Source of the DNA: Gemmatimonadota bacterium | Lineage (GTDB): Bacteria > Gemmatimonadota > Gemmatimonadetes > Palauibacterales > Palauibacteraceae | Direction of reading: 5' to 3' | Assembly (NCBI GenBank): GCA_022825725.1 | Contig: JAJDWE010000020.1 | Coordinates: forward strand, 6,578 to 70,577 | DNA length: 64,000 bases | In this document: piece by piece, positions 9,184 to 18,463 of the stretch | Layout: each line of letters opens with the position of its first letter | Numbering within the stretch: position 1 is the stretch's first letter | Notes under the pieces: generated by a model | Seen by the model: the letters and a program-made list of their open reading frames with translations, nothing else | Databases searched by the model: none | What the model was told of the DNA's origin: nothing | Translations under genes and position numbers: made by a program

Positions 9184-9944
9184 CGCTCCTCCACGCGCGT
9201 CAGTACAACTTGGCCTCTGAACCGCGCATCCGCACGTGCGACGCGTCGATCCTCGATCTGCCCGAGCGCGATCGATACCCGGTCGAGGGCGCGCAGGGGC
9301 TCATCGCCCGGCAGCAGGACGACATCCGCCCCGGCGCCGGGCAGGAGGAGGAAACGGTATCCCCCCTCCGCCGCGGCCCCGACCTCGGAAACGAGCGACA
9401 TGAAATCGCTCCGCGTCCGATCCATGCGCGCGAGCGCGAGGATGAGCTCCCGCATTCCCGGGTCCTTCACGAACCCGCCCTCCGTTTCGACCGGGCCCCG
9501 GACGATCGGCAGGTCGAGCGACTCGGCGGAGGGGTCGAGCGGCAGCATGTAGCCATCCGCGCTCACGGGACGCAGTTCGGGCGTCGCCACGAGCGCGATC
9601 GGACGTCGCTCCACGATGGCGATCTCGAGGGTGTTGAAACCCTCTCGGCGGGCCGTGGCCTCGCGAACCATGGGATGTGCGCGGACGCGCTCCTCCCAGG
9701 TCGCGGGATCGTCCCACACGGACGCGTCCGGGGTGACGGCGAGCGCCCTGATCTCGTCGGGCGGGATGTGCTCGGTCCCGGTCACGTGGAGTTCCGCAAC
9801 CTGAAACGCGGACAGCGCCGCGAGGAGGGGCGGCACCCAGATGGGAACGGAAAGGCCGATCGAGGCGGCCATCAGGGCGAAGAGGAGCCTGCGGCGTCCG
9901 CGGCGGGTGATGCGTCGGGAGCGCGACGTTCCGGGGGAGATCAT
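9180..9944 (-). CDS. ftsQ: Cell division protein FtsQ/DivIB (POTRA domain)
   Basis: A single TM (LLFALMAASIGLSVPIWVPPLLAAL) followed by a POTRA-like region (LHVTGTEHIPPDEIRALA). Sits in the canonical murB-ftsQ-ftsA position. Start ATG at complement 9942-9944 forms an ATGA overlap with the murB stop. The upstream part of the track ORF is a spurious extension. Confidence 0.8.
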   Translation of the reverse strand: MISPGTSRSRRITRRGRRRLLFALMAASIGLSVPIWVPPLLAALSAFQVAELHVTGTEHIPPDEIRALAVTPDASVWDDPATWEERVRAHPMVREATARREGFNTLEIAIVERRPIALVATPELRPVSADGYMLPLDPSAESLDLPIVRGPVETEGGFVKDPGMRELILALARMDRTRSDFMSLVSEVGAAAEGGYRFLLLPGAGADVVLLPGDEPLRALDRVSIALGQIEDRRVARADARFRGQVVLTRVEER

Positions 9945-10846
9945 GCGGCCCCCACGCCGGCCCCCACGCGGGCGAGTTGCGCGGGATCGAACCCCCACAG
10001 GTGGATCTCCGGCTCCAGCGCCACGCGGAGACGCGCGAGGGCGCGGCGGCGAGTCTCCGCCATGAGTTCGATCACGTCGGCGGCGCGCGCCCCGCCGAGA
10101 TTGACGATGAAGTTCGCGTGCCGCTCGTGGATCCGGGCGCCCCCGACCCGGGCCCCTCTCATTTCCACCTCGTCGACGATCTTCCAGGCCGGCGGATGCG
10201 GCGGACCCGGGTTCTTCCAGGTCGAACCCACCGAGGGCAGGTCGTACACCTGATCCCGAACCTTTCGTTCGCGGAAGTTCAGGTGTGCCTCGCGAACGGC
10301 GTCCGCCTCGGCCGGCTCCGCGTCGAGGCGCGCGCGCACGAACACCCAGTCGGCCGGCACGCGCACGTGGCGATAGGCGGGCTGCGCCTCCTCGGGCCGG
10401 ACCCGCACGAGTTCGCCCTCCGGCGTCACGGCTTCCGCCCATTCGACGCGGTCCCAGAGTCCCTCGTCCCTCGACCCGGCGTTCATCCGCAGGCCTCCGC
10501 CGAGGGTGCCGGGGACGGCCTCCAGGAAATGGAATCCCGACCGTCCGTTGCGGCGTGCGGCCTGGGCAAGGGCGGGCAGGCGGGCACCGGCTCCCGCCTC
10601 GATGGCGGTGGCCCCGACCCGGACGGCCTCGAAATCGCCCTCGAGGACGAGGACGGGTTCCGCCACTCCGTCGTCCCCGATGAGGAGGTTCGCACCGGTC
10701 CCCAGCACGCGGCAGCCGCGGCCGGACGTTTCGCGCAGCGCGGTGCCCAGCTCCGCGATCGAGCGAGGTCGCGCGAGCCGCGCGGCCGGCCCGCCGATCC
10801 GGTAGCGGACCAGGGGCGCGAGCGGGACGTCACGTTCCCACCGCAT
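9941..10846 (-). CDS. murB: UDP-N-acetylenolpyruvoylglucosamine reductase MurB
   Basis: FAD-binding PCMH-type N-terminus (VPLAPLVRYRIGGPAARLARP, LGTGANLLIGDDG). C-terminal MurB domain with GLEFLEAVPGTLGGGLRMNAG. Start chosen at ATG 10846. It may instead lie at 10891. It overlaps the murC 3' end. Confidence 0.88.
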   Translation of the reverse strand: MRWERDVPLAPLVRYRIGGPAARLARPRSIAELGTALRETSGRGCRVLGTGANLLIGDDGVAEPVLVLEGDFEAVRVGATAIEAGAGARLPALAQAARRNGRSGFHFLEAVPGTLGGGLRMNAGSRDEGLWDRVEWAEAVTPEGELVRVRPEEAQPAYRHVRVPADWVFVRARLDAEPAEADAVREAHLNFRERKVRDQVYDLPSVGSTWKNPGPPHPPAWKIVDEVEMRGARVGGARIHERHANFIVNLGGARAADVIELMAETRRRALARLRVALEPEIHLWGFDPAQLARVGAGVGAA

Positions 10847-12233
10847 CGCCCGCCCGCCGCTGGACCGCCGCGTGCGCGAGGTCGGTGACATCGCCGGCGC
10901 CCATGAAGACGAGCACCGCCTCTCCGGCGCCGACCTCCGCCGGCACGAGTTCACGCGCGTCCTTCCGGTCGATCGGCGCCGCGGTCGCGCCGGCCCCGCC
11001 GATGATCAGCTCCGAGGTGACGCCCGGAAGCGGCGCTTCGCGCGCAGGATAGATGGGAAGCACGCGCGCCTCGTCCGCGGTCGTCAGGGCGCGGGTGAAC
11101 GCGTCCGCGAAGTCGCGCGTCCGGGTGAACAGGTGCGGCTGAAAGACGACCGTCAGCCGGGCGTCCGGATAGGCTTCCCGCAGCGCGGCAAGCGACGCCG
11201 CGACCTCGGTCGGATGGTGCGCGTAGTCGTCGAAGACCGTGAGGTCGGGCCACGCCGCGATCATCTCGAGCCGGCGCGCCACGCCGCGGAACTCGCCGAG
11301 CCCGCGCGCCGCCGCCCGCGGATCGCCGCCGAGCCGCAACGTGGCGAGGAAGGCCGCCGCGGCGTTGAGCTGGTTGTGGCGCCCGGGCACGCGGAGCGTG
11401 AGATCGACCGCCCCGTCCGGCCAGCAGAGGCGCAGTGTGCGCGGCCCCGCCTCTTCGAGCCTGCACCAGGCTCCGTCCCCGAAACCGTACCCGAAACCGC
11501 GCCCCGTGCCGGAGAACCCGGAGGCCTCCGCGAGTGCGCGGGCACCCTCGTCATCGTGGCAGTAGATGAGACCTTCGGCGTTCCGGGTCCGCCCGGCGAA
11601 ATCCGCGAACGCGGAACGGAGACTCTCCCAATCCCCGTAGGTGTCGAGATGCTCTGGCTCGAGCGAGCTGATCACGGCAAGCGTGGGATGAAGTTCGAGG
11701 AAGGAGCGGTCGAATTCATCGGCTTCCACGATGGCGGGACCATCCCCCAGCCGCGTAAACCCCTTCCACGCGTCGACCCGGCCGCCGACGAGGACGAGGG
11801 GATCGAGCCCGGCCGCGGCCGCGGCGTGCCCGGTCATCGCGGTGATCGTCGTCTTCCCGTGCGTCCCCGCAACGCCGACCATCGCCTGCCCGTTGAGGAG
11901 GGCGCCGAGCGCCCGGGCCCTCCGCATCACCGGGATGCCCGCGACTTCCGCTCCGACGACCTCCGGCTCGTCTGTCGGCACGGCCGAACTTCGAACGAGC
12001 AGATCGACCCCGGACAGGTGGGCGACGGAGTGCCCCCGCTCGACCCGGATCCCTTTCGCCGCAAGGTCGCCGAGGGCATCCGCCGGGGCGCGGTCGCACC
12101 CGCTCACGACGTAGCCGGCACGGTCGAAGAGAAGAGCGAGTCCGCGCATGCCGGCGCCGCCGATCCCCATCAGATGGACGTGGGCCCCGGCTACCGGGAG
12201 ATCCGCGGTCCCCGCCGGACGGGGCGCAGCCAT
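10830..12233 (-). CDS. murC: UDP-N-acetylmuramate--L-alanine ligase MurC
   Basis: Mur ligase N-terminus VHLMGIGGAGMRGLA, ATP-binding GTHGKTTIT, and a Mur ligase C domain. Start placed at ATG 12233 (MAAPRPAG..HVHLMGIGG). The 108 upstream codons of the track ORF overlap murG and are rejected. Confidence 0.9.
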   Translation of the reverse strand: MAAPRPAGTADLPVAGAHVHLMGIGGAGMRGLALLFDRAGYVVSGCDRAPADALGDLAAKGIRVERGHSVAHLSGVDLLVRSSAVPTDEPEVVGAEVAGIPVMRRARALGALLNGQAMVGVAGTHGKTTITAMTGHAAAAAGLDPLVLVGGRVDAWKGFTRLGDGPAIVEADEFDRSFLELHPTLAVISSLEPEHLDTYGDWESLRSAFADFAGRTRNAEGLIYCHDDEGARALAEASGFSGTGRGFGYGFGDGAWCRLEEAGPRTLRLCWPDGAVDLTLRVPGRHNQLNAAAAFLATLRLGGDPRAAARGLGEFRGVARRLEMIAAWPDLTVFDDYAHHPTEVAASLAALREAYPDARLTVVFQPHLFTRTRDFADAFTRALTTADEARVLPIYPAREAPLPGVTSELIIGGAGATAAPIDRKDARELVPAEVGAGEAVLVFMGAGDVTDLAHAAVQRRAGDAVGT

Positions 12234-12244
12234 CGCCGCCCCCG

Positions 12245-13396
12245 TCACGCCGCGCGCCGATCCAGGAGCGTGAGCATCTCGCGGGCTATCTCGAGGGCTG
12301 CATCCGGCCGGCCGCGGCTCTCGGCGGCCGCCGACATCCGGGCCAGGCGCCCGTCGTCGGTGAGGATATCGCGACAGAGCGACCACAACTCGCCGGCCTC
12401 GACGCTCCCCTCCTCGCGAACCTCCGCAGCGCCCGCCGCCGCCAGCGCCCGGGCGTTCGTCAGCTGGTGCCCCCCCGCGGAGGTCGGAAGCGGCACGAGC
12501 ACGGCCGGTCGGCCCGCGGCGCACAACTCGGCGAGCGACATCGCGCCCGACCGGCACAGCGCCAGCGTCACCCTGTCCAGCTGTCGGCCCAGGTCATCGA
12601 TGTAGGACACGACGCGCACGCGGTCCGCGAAGGGGAGTTCCGACGTGCGCGCGGAGAGTTCGGCCGCGTGCGCCGGTCCCGCGATCCACACGACGGAGAC
12701 GTCCTCCGGCCATGCCGAGGCGTCCCGCGCCGCCCATTCCAGGTCCCGCAGAAAGGCGCGGTTCAGGCCGAGCGCACCCTGGCTCCCCCCGAAGACGAGG
12801 AGGTTCCGGCCGCCGGGCCAATCGAAGCGCGCCGGAGCCGGGCGGTTTGAATCGCCGGCGTCCGCCGTACCGTCCATCGCGGGGGCGACGGGGTTCCCCA
12901 GCGCGCTCAGGCGAGTGCGGTCCCCGACCCGGAGCCGGGCCTCGGCCTCGGGGTACCCGAGGTGGACCTGGTCGACGCCCGGCGCGAACAGGCGCGTCAC
13001 GAGCCCGGGCGCCGCGTTCTGCTCCTGGATCGCCGCCGGGACTCCGCGCAGGCGGGCTCCCGCAAGCGCGGGCCCCGCGACATATCCCCCCGTACCCACG
13101 ACGAGCCGCGGATCGAAATCCCGGAACGCGCGCCGCACGCCGGCGAGGACGGTCGGAGCCGACGCGAACAGGCGCCAGTTCCGCCAGGGCCGCTGCCGGT
13201 ACAGCGGTTGCAGCGGCAGGAGCCGGAACTCGTACCCGGCGTCAGGGAGCACGCGAGCCTCCAGCCCCCGCCGTCCGCCCAGGAACACGCATTCGACCTC
13301 GGGGGCCAGCCGGCCGAAGGCGGCGGCCAGGTTCAGGGCGGGATACAGGTGGCCGCCCGTGCCGCCTCCCGCGAGCAGAATACGAGGCGACGCCAT
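12245..13396 (-). CDS. murG: UDP-N-acetylglucosamine--N-acetylmuramyl-(pentapeptide) pyrophosphoryl-undecaprenol N-acetylglucosamine transferase MurG
   Basis: 383 aa. N-terminus ILLAGGGTGGHLYPAL and a GT28-family fold. Canonical position between ftsW and murC. Confidence 0.92.
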   Translation of the reverse strand: MASPRILLAGGGTGGHLYPALNLAAAFGRLAPEVECVFLGGRRGLEARVLPDAGYEFRLLPLQPLYRQRPWRNWRLFASAPTVLAGVRRAFRDFDPRLVVGTGGYVAGPALAGARLRGVPAAIQEQNAAPGLVTRLFAPGVDQVHLGYPEAEARLRVGDRTRLSALGNPVAPAMDGTADAGDSNRPAPARFDWPGGRNLLVFGGSQGALGLNRAFLRDLEWAARDASAWPEDVSVVWIAGPAHAAELSARTSELPFADRVRVVSYIDDLGRQLDRVTLALCRSGAMSLAELCAAGRPAVLVPLPTSAGGHQLTNARALAAAGAAEVREEGSVEAGELWSLCRDILTDDGRLARMSAAAESRGRPDAALEIAREMLTLLDRRAA

Positions 13397-13399
13397 GCG

Positions 13400-14554
13400 T
13401 CAGCATCTCCGCCGCGAAGCGACGTTGAGCAGGACGCCCGTGACGCCGAGCGCCATGACGAGCCCCGTGCCGCCGGAACTGATGAAGGGGAGGCTCACGC
13501 CTGTCGTGGGCAGCAGCCCCATCGTGATTCCGATGTGTCCGAACGCTCCGATGGCGATGATCGTCGTAAGCCCGATCGCGATCAGGCGCCCGAACAGATC
13601 CGGGGCGGACTTCGCGATCCGGAATCCGAGGTGCGTCCACGCAAGGAAGAGGACGATCATCGTGACCGCGCCCACGAACCCCCACTCCTCCGCGATAATC
13701 GGATAGATGAAGTCGTTCTGCGCTTCGGGCAGGTAGTGGAGCTTCTGTGTGCTTTCGCCATAGCCGGCGCCCAGGATCCCGCCCGAGCCGATCGCAATCT
13801 GCGCCTGCTGCAACTGGTAGCCGGCGCCCGACGTGTCCGCCTCCGGATTGAGAAACGCGAGAATCCGCGTGAGCTGGTAGCTGTTCGAGCGCACGAGCCA
13901 CACCACCCCGGCGCCGATGAGCAGCGTGAGGAACACAAAATGCCGGATGCGCATCCCGGCCGCGAAGAGCACGGTCGCCGCCAGCGCCGCCGTGATCAGC
14001 GTCGCCGAGAGGTGCGGCTCCGCCGCGATGAGGACGAGCAGAGGGCCCAGGACGAGGAGGAACGGGAGCACTCCGCGCAGGAAACTGTTGAAGGCCCGCT
14101 GCTTGCGAACGGCGAGCGCGGCCGTCCAGAAGACGACGGCCACCTTGGCGAGTTCCGAGGGCTGGAAGGTCGCCGGCCCGAGCATCAGCCAGCGGCGGGA
14201 CCCGTTCCGGGCGGGCGCGATGTCCGTCGTGAATGGGAGGATCATGACGACAAGCAGAGCCGCCACCGCTGCGAGGATCGGCCACGCGTACCGGCGGTAC
14301 ACGCGGTAATCGATGAAGGCAGCGACGATCAGCGCGACGAGGCCGACGGCGGCGCGAGCCAGTTGGCTCATGAGCACGTGGTTCCCGGGCAGTCCGCTCT
14401 GCTGGGCCGCGAAGGAGCTCGCGGAATAGACGGAGAGGAGCCCGAACACGGCGAGGACGAGCGTGATCCCGATGAGCGCATTCCGCACCCACGCCGGCGA
14501 ACCGGCGAACTCCTGCACGCGCGGGAGTTCCCGCGAGAGGGCGTGCTCCGTCAC
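13400..14554 (-). CDS. ftsW: Peptidoglycan glycosyltransferase FtsW (SEDS family)
   Basis: Polytopic membrane protein with SEDS motifs (LIGITLVLAVFGLLSVYSASS, PSELAKVAVVFW). GTG start overlaps the murD TGA (GTGA). The track's 596-aa version overlaps murD and is rejected. Confidence 0.88.
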   Translation of the reverse strand: MTEHALSRELPRVQEFAGSPAWVRNALIGITLVLAVFGLLSVYSASSFAAQQSGLPGNHVLMSQLARAAVGLVALIVAAFIDYRVYRRYAWPILAAVAALLVVMILPFTTDIAPARNGSRRWLMLGPATFQPSELAKVAVVFWTAALAVRKQRAFNSFLRGVLPFLLVLGPLLVLIAAEPHLSATLITAALAATVLFAAGMRIRHFVFLTLLIGAGVVWLVRSNSYQLTRILAFLNPEADTSGAGYQLQQAQIAIGSGGILGAGYGESTQKLHYLPEAQNDFIYPIIAEEWGFVGAVTMIVLFLAWTHLGFRIAKSAPDLFGRLIAIGLTTIIAIGAFGHIGITMGLLPTTGVSLPFISSGGTGLVMALGVTGVLLNVASRRRC

Positions 14555-15958
14555 GTCGCCCGCTCCGGAGCCGGTCCCTCGTACGATTCGCGGACACACT
14601 CTTCGAAGGTCCGGCCGCGCTTCCGGTAGTCCGGGAACATGTCGTAGCTGGAGCAGGCGGGGGAGAAGAGGACGACATCGCCGGGATGGGCCGCCTCGCG
14701 GGCGAGGCGCACGAGCTGCGGAAATCCGCGGGCGACCTCGACCGGCGCCACATCGCCCAGCTCCCGCACGATCTGCGGCGCGGCCTCTCCGAACGCGATC
14801 AGGGCCCGCGCGTTCTCGCGCAGCGCGGGGGCGAGCGACCGGTACGACTCGCCCTTGTGCCGGCCTCCGAGGAGCGCCACGAGGGGCCGGTGGAACGCGT
14901 TGAGGGCGACGCGGGTCGCGGAGACGTTCGTCCCCTTGGAATCGTTGATCCACAGCACGCGCTCGAACTCTCCCACTCTCTGGAGGCGATGGGGAAGTCC
15001 CTGGAAGGAAGCGAGTCCGGCTCCGATCGCCGCGGCCTCGCATCCGGCGAGCGCCGCCCCGAGGCCCGCCATGAGCGCGTTCATGACATTGTGGTCGCCG
15101 ACCAGTTGCAGCTCGCCGGCCGCGATCCACGGCTCCGGCGACCCCCCGGCCCCGAGACGCTGGACGAGCGTCCCCGATTCGTCCAGCCACGCTCCCGGTT
15201 CCTCGTGCGGTCCGATCGAAGCGATGTAGCGGTGCCCGGCGACCGGTTCCGCCATGGCGAGCACATCGCCGTCATCGCCGTTCAGGACCCATCGGCTGTC
15301 CTCATCGGCGTTCGCGAACAGACGCGCCTTGTCCTCGTAGTAGCGCTCGATGCTCGAATACCAGTCGAGGTGGTCCGCCGCGAGGTTCACGAGCAGGCCG
15401 ACCTCGGGCCGGAACGCGCGGAGGTCGGCGAGCTGGAAGGAACTCAGTTCGACCACGAGCCAGTCCGGCTGCCGCTTCATCAGCGGAATCTCGGAGAGCG
15501 GGCGGCCAATGTTTCCCGCGGTGAGCGCGTCCACGCCGGCCTCCTGCAGCAGGTGCCCGCAGAGCGCGGTCGTCGTCGTCTTGCCGTTCGTGCCCGTGAT
15601 GCCGATGACCCGCGAGCGGAGGTGGCGATAGGCGACCTCGATTTCGGCCACGGTGGGCACCCCCGCGTCCGCCACCGTCCGCCGGATTTCGGCCGTCGGT
15701 GATATTCCCGGACTCGTCACGACGAGGTCGGCGTTCAGGATTCGCTCCACGTCGTGTTGTCCCACCTCCGCGTCGATGCCCTCGGCGGTGAGGGCTTCCA
15801 CGGCCTCCCGCTGGCGGGGCCCCTCGAACGCGTCGCTCGCGTATACGTCCGCTCCGAGTGCGTGCAGGAGACGCGCCGCGGCGGTCCCCGACACGCCGAG
15901 TCCGAGGACGGCCACGGGCTCGCCGGGCCCGAAGAGCGGAGGACGTCGGTCGTTTGCC
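14551..15958 (-). CDS. murD: UDP-N-acetylmuramoylalanine--D-glutamate ligase MurD
   Basis: N-terminus VAVLGLGVSGTAAARLL, ATP-binding GITGTNGKTTTTAL, and Mur ligase central and C domains. ATG at complement 15956-15958 overlaps the mraY stop by 1 nt (TGATG). Confidence 0.9.
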
Positions 15959-15959
15959 A

Positions 15960-17066
15960 TCAGCGGATCTTGAGCGTCGCCAGGCCGAGAAGCGCGCAGA
16001 TGACGCCAAGGATGTAGAACCGGGCGACGACGCGCGTCTCGGGCCAGCCGAGTTTCTCGAAGTGGTGATGGAGCGGGGCCATGCGCAGGATCCGGCGCCC
16101 CTCGCCCCAGCGCCGGCGACTGAATTTGAACCATCCGGTCTGGAGCATCACGGACAACCCTTCGAGGACGAACACGCCCCCGACGATGACGAGGAGGAAT
16201 TCCGACTTCAGGAGGACGGCGACGGCCCCGAGCGCGCCTCCGAGAGCGAGCGACCCGGTGTCGCCCATGATGACCTCTGCCGGATGGGCGTTGAACCAGA
16301 GAAAGCCGATCGCCGCCCCCGCCAGCGCGGCGCAGAACACCGACAGTTCCCCGGCCCCATTCAGGTACAGGACGCCGAGGTAGGCCGACGTGTCCACCCT
16401 GCCGATCGCGTAGGCGAAGGCGCCGAACGTGAGCGCGGCGATCGCGGCGAGTCCCGTGGCCAGCCCGTCCAGACCGTCCGTCAGGTTCACCGTGTTCGCG
16501 CTCCCCGCCACGACGATGGCGACGAAGAGCGGGAAGATCGCCACCTCGATGATGACCGTCACATCCTTGAAGAACGGGAGCATCGTCTGGGTCGCCCCGT
16601 AGGAGGACAGGGGCTGCCAGAGGAGGAACCCGCCGAGCGCCAGGCCCAGCACGAACTGCCAGATGAGCTTGTACCGCGCGATCAGGCCGCGCGAGTGACG
16701 GCGCACGATCTTCAGGTAGTCGTCCATGAAGCCGATCGCGCCCATCCAGGCGGTGACGACGAGGGCGACCCACACGTAGGTGTTGTCCAGGCGCGCCCAG
16801 AGGAGGGTGGGCAGGAGACAGGCGGCGAGGATGATGATGCCGCCCATCGTCGGCGTGCCCGCCTTCACGAGGTGCGTGGCCGGCCCCTCGGCCCGCACGA
16901 TCTGGCCGATGCCGTGCTTCCTGAGTCTGCGGATCACGCCCGGCCCGATGATGAACGCGGTGAGGAGGGCCGTCACCATGGCGCCGGCCGCGCGGAACGA
17001 GATGTACTGGAAGACGTTGAACAGGATGTGCTGGTCCGCGAGCGGGAAGAGGAAGTGGTAGAGCAT
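15960..17066 (-). CDS. mraY: Phospho-N-acetylmuramoyl-pentapeptide transferase MraY
   Basis: 368 aa polytopic membrane protein with conserved MraY blocks (KAGTPTMGG, NAHPAEVIMGDTGSLALGG, HHHFE). Confidence 0.93.
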   Translation of the reverse strand: MLYHFLFPLADQHILFNVFQYISFRAAGAMVTALLTAFIIGPGVIRRLRKHGIGQIVRAEGPATHLVKAGTPTMGGIIILAACLLPTLLWARLDNTYVWVALVVTAWMGAIGFMDDYLKIVRRHSRGLIARYKLIWQFVLGLALGGFLLWQPLSSYGATQTMLPFFKDVTVIIEVAIFPLFVAIVVAGSANTVNLTDGLDGLATGLAAIAALTFGAFAYAIGRVDTSAYLGVLYLNGAGELSVFCAALAGAAIGFLWFNAHPAEVIMGDTGSLALGGALGAVAVLLKSEFLLVIVGGVFVLEGLSVMLQTGWFKFSRRRWGEGRRILRMAPLHHHFEKLGWPETRVVARFYILGVICALLGLATLKIR

Positions 17067-18463
17067 CAGGCGTCCCCTCCGAAACGGGCTTCCAGTTCGT
17101 CGATGACCCGCTCGAGGCGGGCGCCGCGCGAGCCCTTTACGAGCACGACCTCATCTCCTTCCAAGGCGTCCGCGAAGGGCCGCAGGGCCGCTTCGGGGTC
17201 CTCCGCCCGGATCAGGGCATGACCTTGCACGCCGTCGAACGGCGCGTCGCAGAAGAGGCCCGTCGCCGCGATGACGTCGAACCCCGCCGCCCGCATCTCA
17301 TCGCCGATCTCGCGGTGCGCCTTCGCCTCCTGGGAGCCGAGTTCGAGCATCGAGCCCGCGAACACGGCGCGGCGGCGGCCCGGGAGCAGGGCGCGCGTCT
17401 GGGCGATCGCCGCGCGAAACGAGTCCGGGTTGGCGTTGTAGCAGTCGGCCAGCACCGTCAGGCGCCCGATGCGGCGCAGCGCGCCGCGCAGGCCGAGCGG
17501 TTCGTAGCGCGACAGCCCCCGGGCGGCGGCGTCGGACGGCACCTCCAGCGATTCCGCGAGCGCCGCCGCGATCAGCGCGTCCCGCAGGTGATGTTCGCCG
17601 CCCACGCCCAGCGCGACGCGGGTTCCGCCGCGGCGGAACTCGATCCGGTCCGCGTCAACCCTGTACGTCTCGGGGGCAAAGTCGGCCCCGGGTCCGAAGC
17701 CGGCGACGATCGCGTCGGGCCGGTGGGCCCGGGCGGCGTCCGCGAGGATCGCGGGTTCCTCCCCCACGATGAGCGCGCCGCGGCCCGAGGCGCCGTGCGC
17801 CAGCGCCATCTTCTCCCGCAGAACGCCGTGTACATCCCCGAAACACTCGAGGTGCGCGGCGCCGACGGTCGTGATGACGACGTGGTCGGGCCGCGCAATC
17901 TCCGCCAGCCGGGCGATCTCCCCGGGCTCGCTCGCTCCGACTTCCAGCACCCAGGCGTCCGCATCGGGAGGGGCGCGCAGGATCGTGAGCGGAAGCCCCA
18001 CCTGGCTGTTGTAGTTCCCTTCCGTGCGGTACACGCGGCGGGATCCGGAGAGGGCGCAGGCGATCATCTCCTTCACGGTCGTCTTGCCCGAACTGCCCGT
18101 GATCGCCACGACGGTGGCGCCGGATTCGCGCCGGGCCCGGGCCGCGAGATCGCCGAGCGCCTTCAGAGGGTCGGCGACGGGAAAGTACTCCATCCCGAGC
18201 GCGGGATCTTCCCGTCCGGCGCGAACGATTGCGCCCGGCGCGCCCCGGGCCGCCGCCTGGGGGAGGAAATCGGCGGCGTCGTGCCGTGCCCCGGCGAGCG
18301 CGACGAACAGCTCGCCGGGCTTCAGCGTCCTCGAATCGCACGATGCCCCGGTGTACGCCCGCTCTCCGCCCTCGCCGGGGCTCCCGGCGCCGCCGGGGTC
18401 CAGGCGGAGCGCCGCCCGAATCCAGCCGGAGCGCAACGCCGGAGCCTGCGTGACCGCCGTCAC
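17066..18463 (-). CDS. murF: UDP-N-acetylmuramoyl-tripeptide--D-alanyl-D-alanine ligase MurF
   Basis: Mur ligase with ITGSSGKTTVKE and YNANPDSF motifs. GTG start overlaps the murE stop (GTGA). The track's 694-aa ORF extension is rejected. Confidence 0.88.
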   Translation of the reverse strand: MTAVTQAPALRSGWIRAALRLDPGGAGSPGEGGERAYTGASCDSRTLKPGELFVALAGARHDAADFLPQAAARGAPGAIVRAGREDPALGMEYFPVADPLKALGDLAARARRESGATVVAITGSSGKTTVKEMIACALSGSRRVYRTEGNYNSQVGLPLTILRAPPDADAWVLEVGASEPGEIARLAEIARPDHVVITTVGAAHLECFGDVHGVLREKMALAHGASGRGALIVGEEPAILADAARAHRPDAIVAGFGPGADFAPETYRVDADRIEFRRGGTRVALGVGGEHHLRDALIAAALAESLEVPSDAAARGLSRYEPLGLRGALRRIGRLTVLADCYNANPDSFRAAIAQTRALLPGRRRAVFAGSMLELGSQEAKAHREIGDEMRAAGFDVIAATGLFCDAPFDGVQGHALIRAEDPEAALRPFADALEGDEVVLVKGSRGARLERVIDELEARFGGDA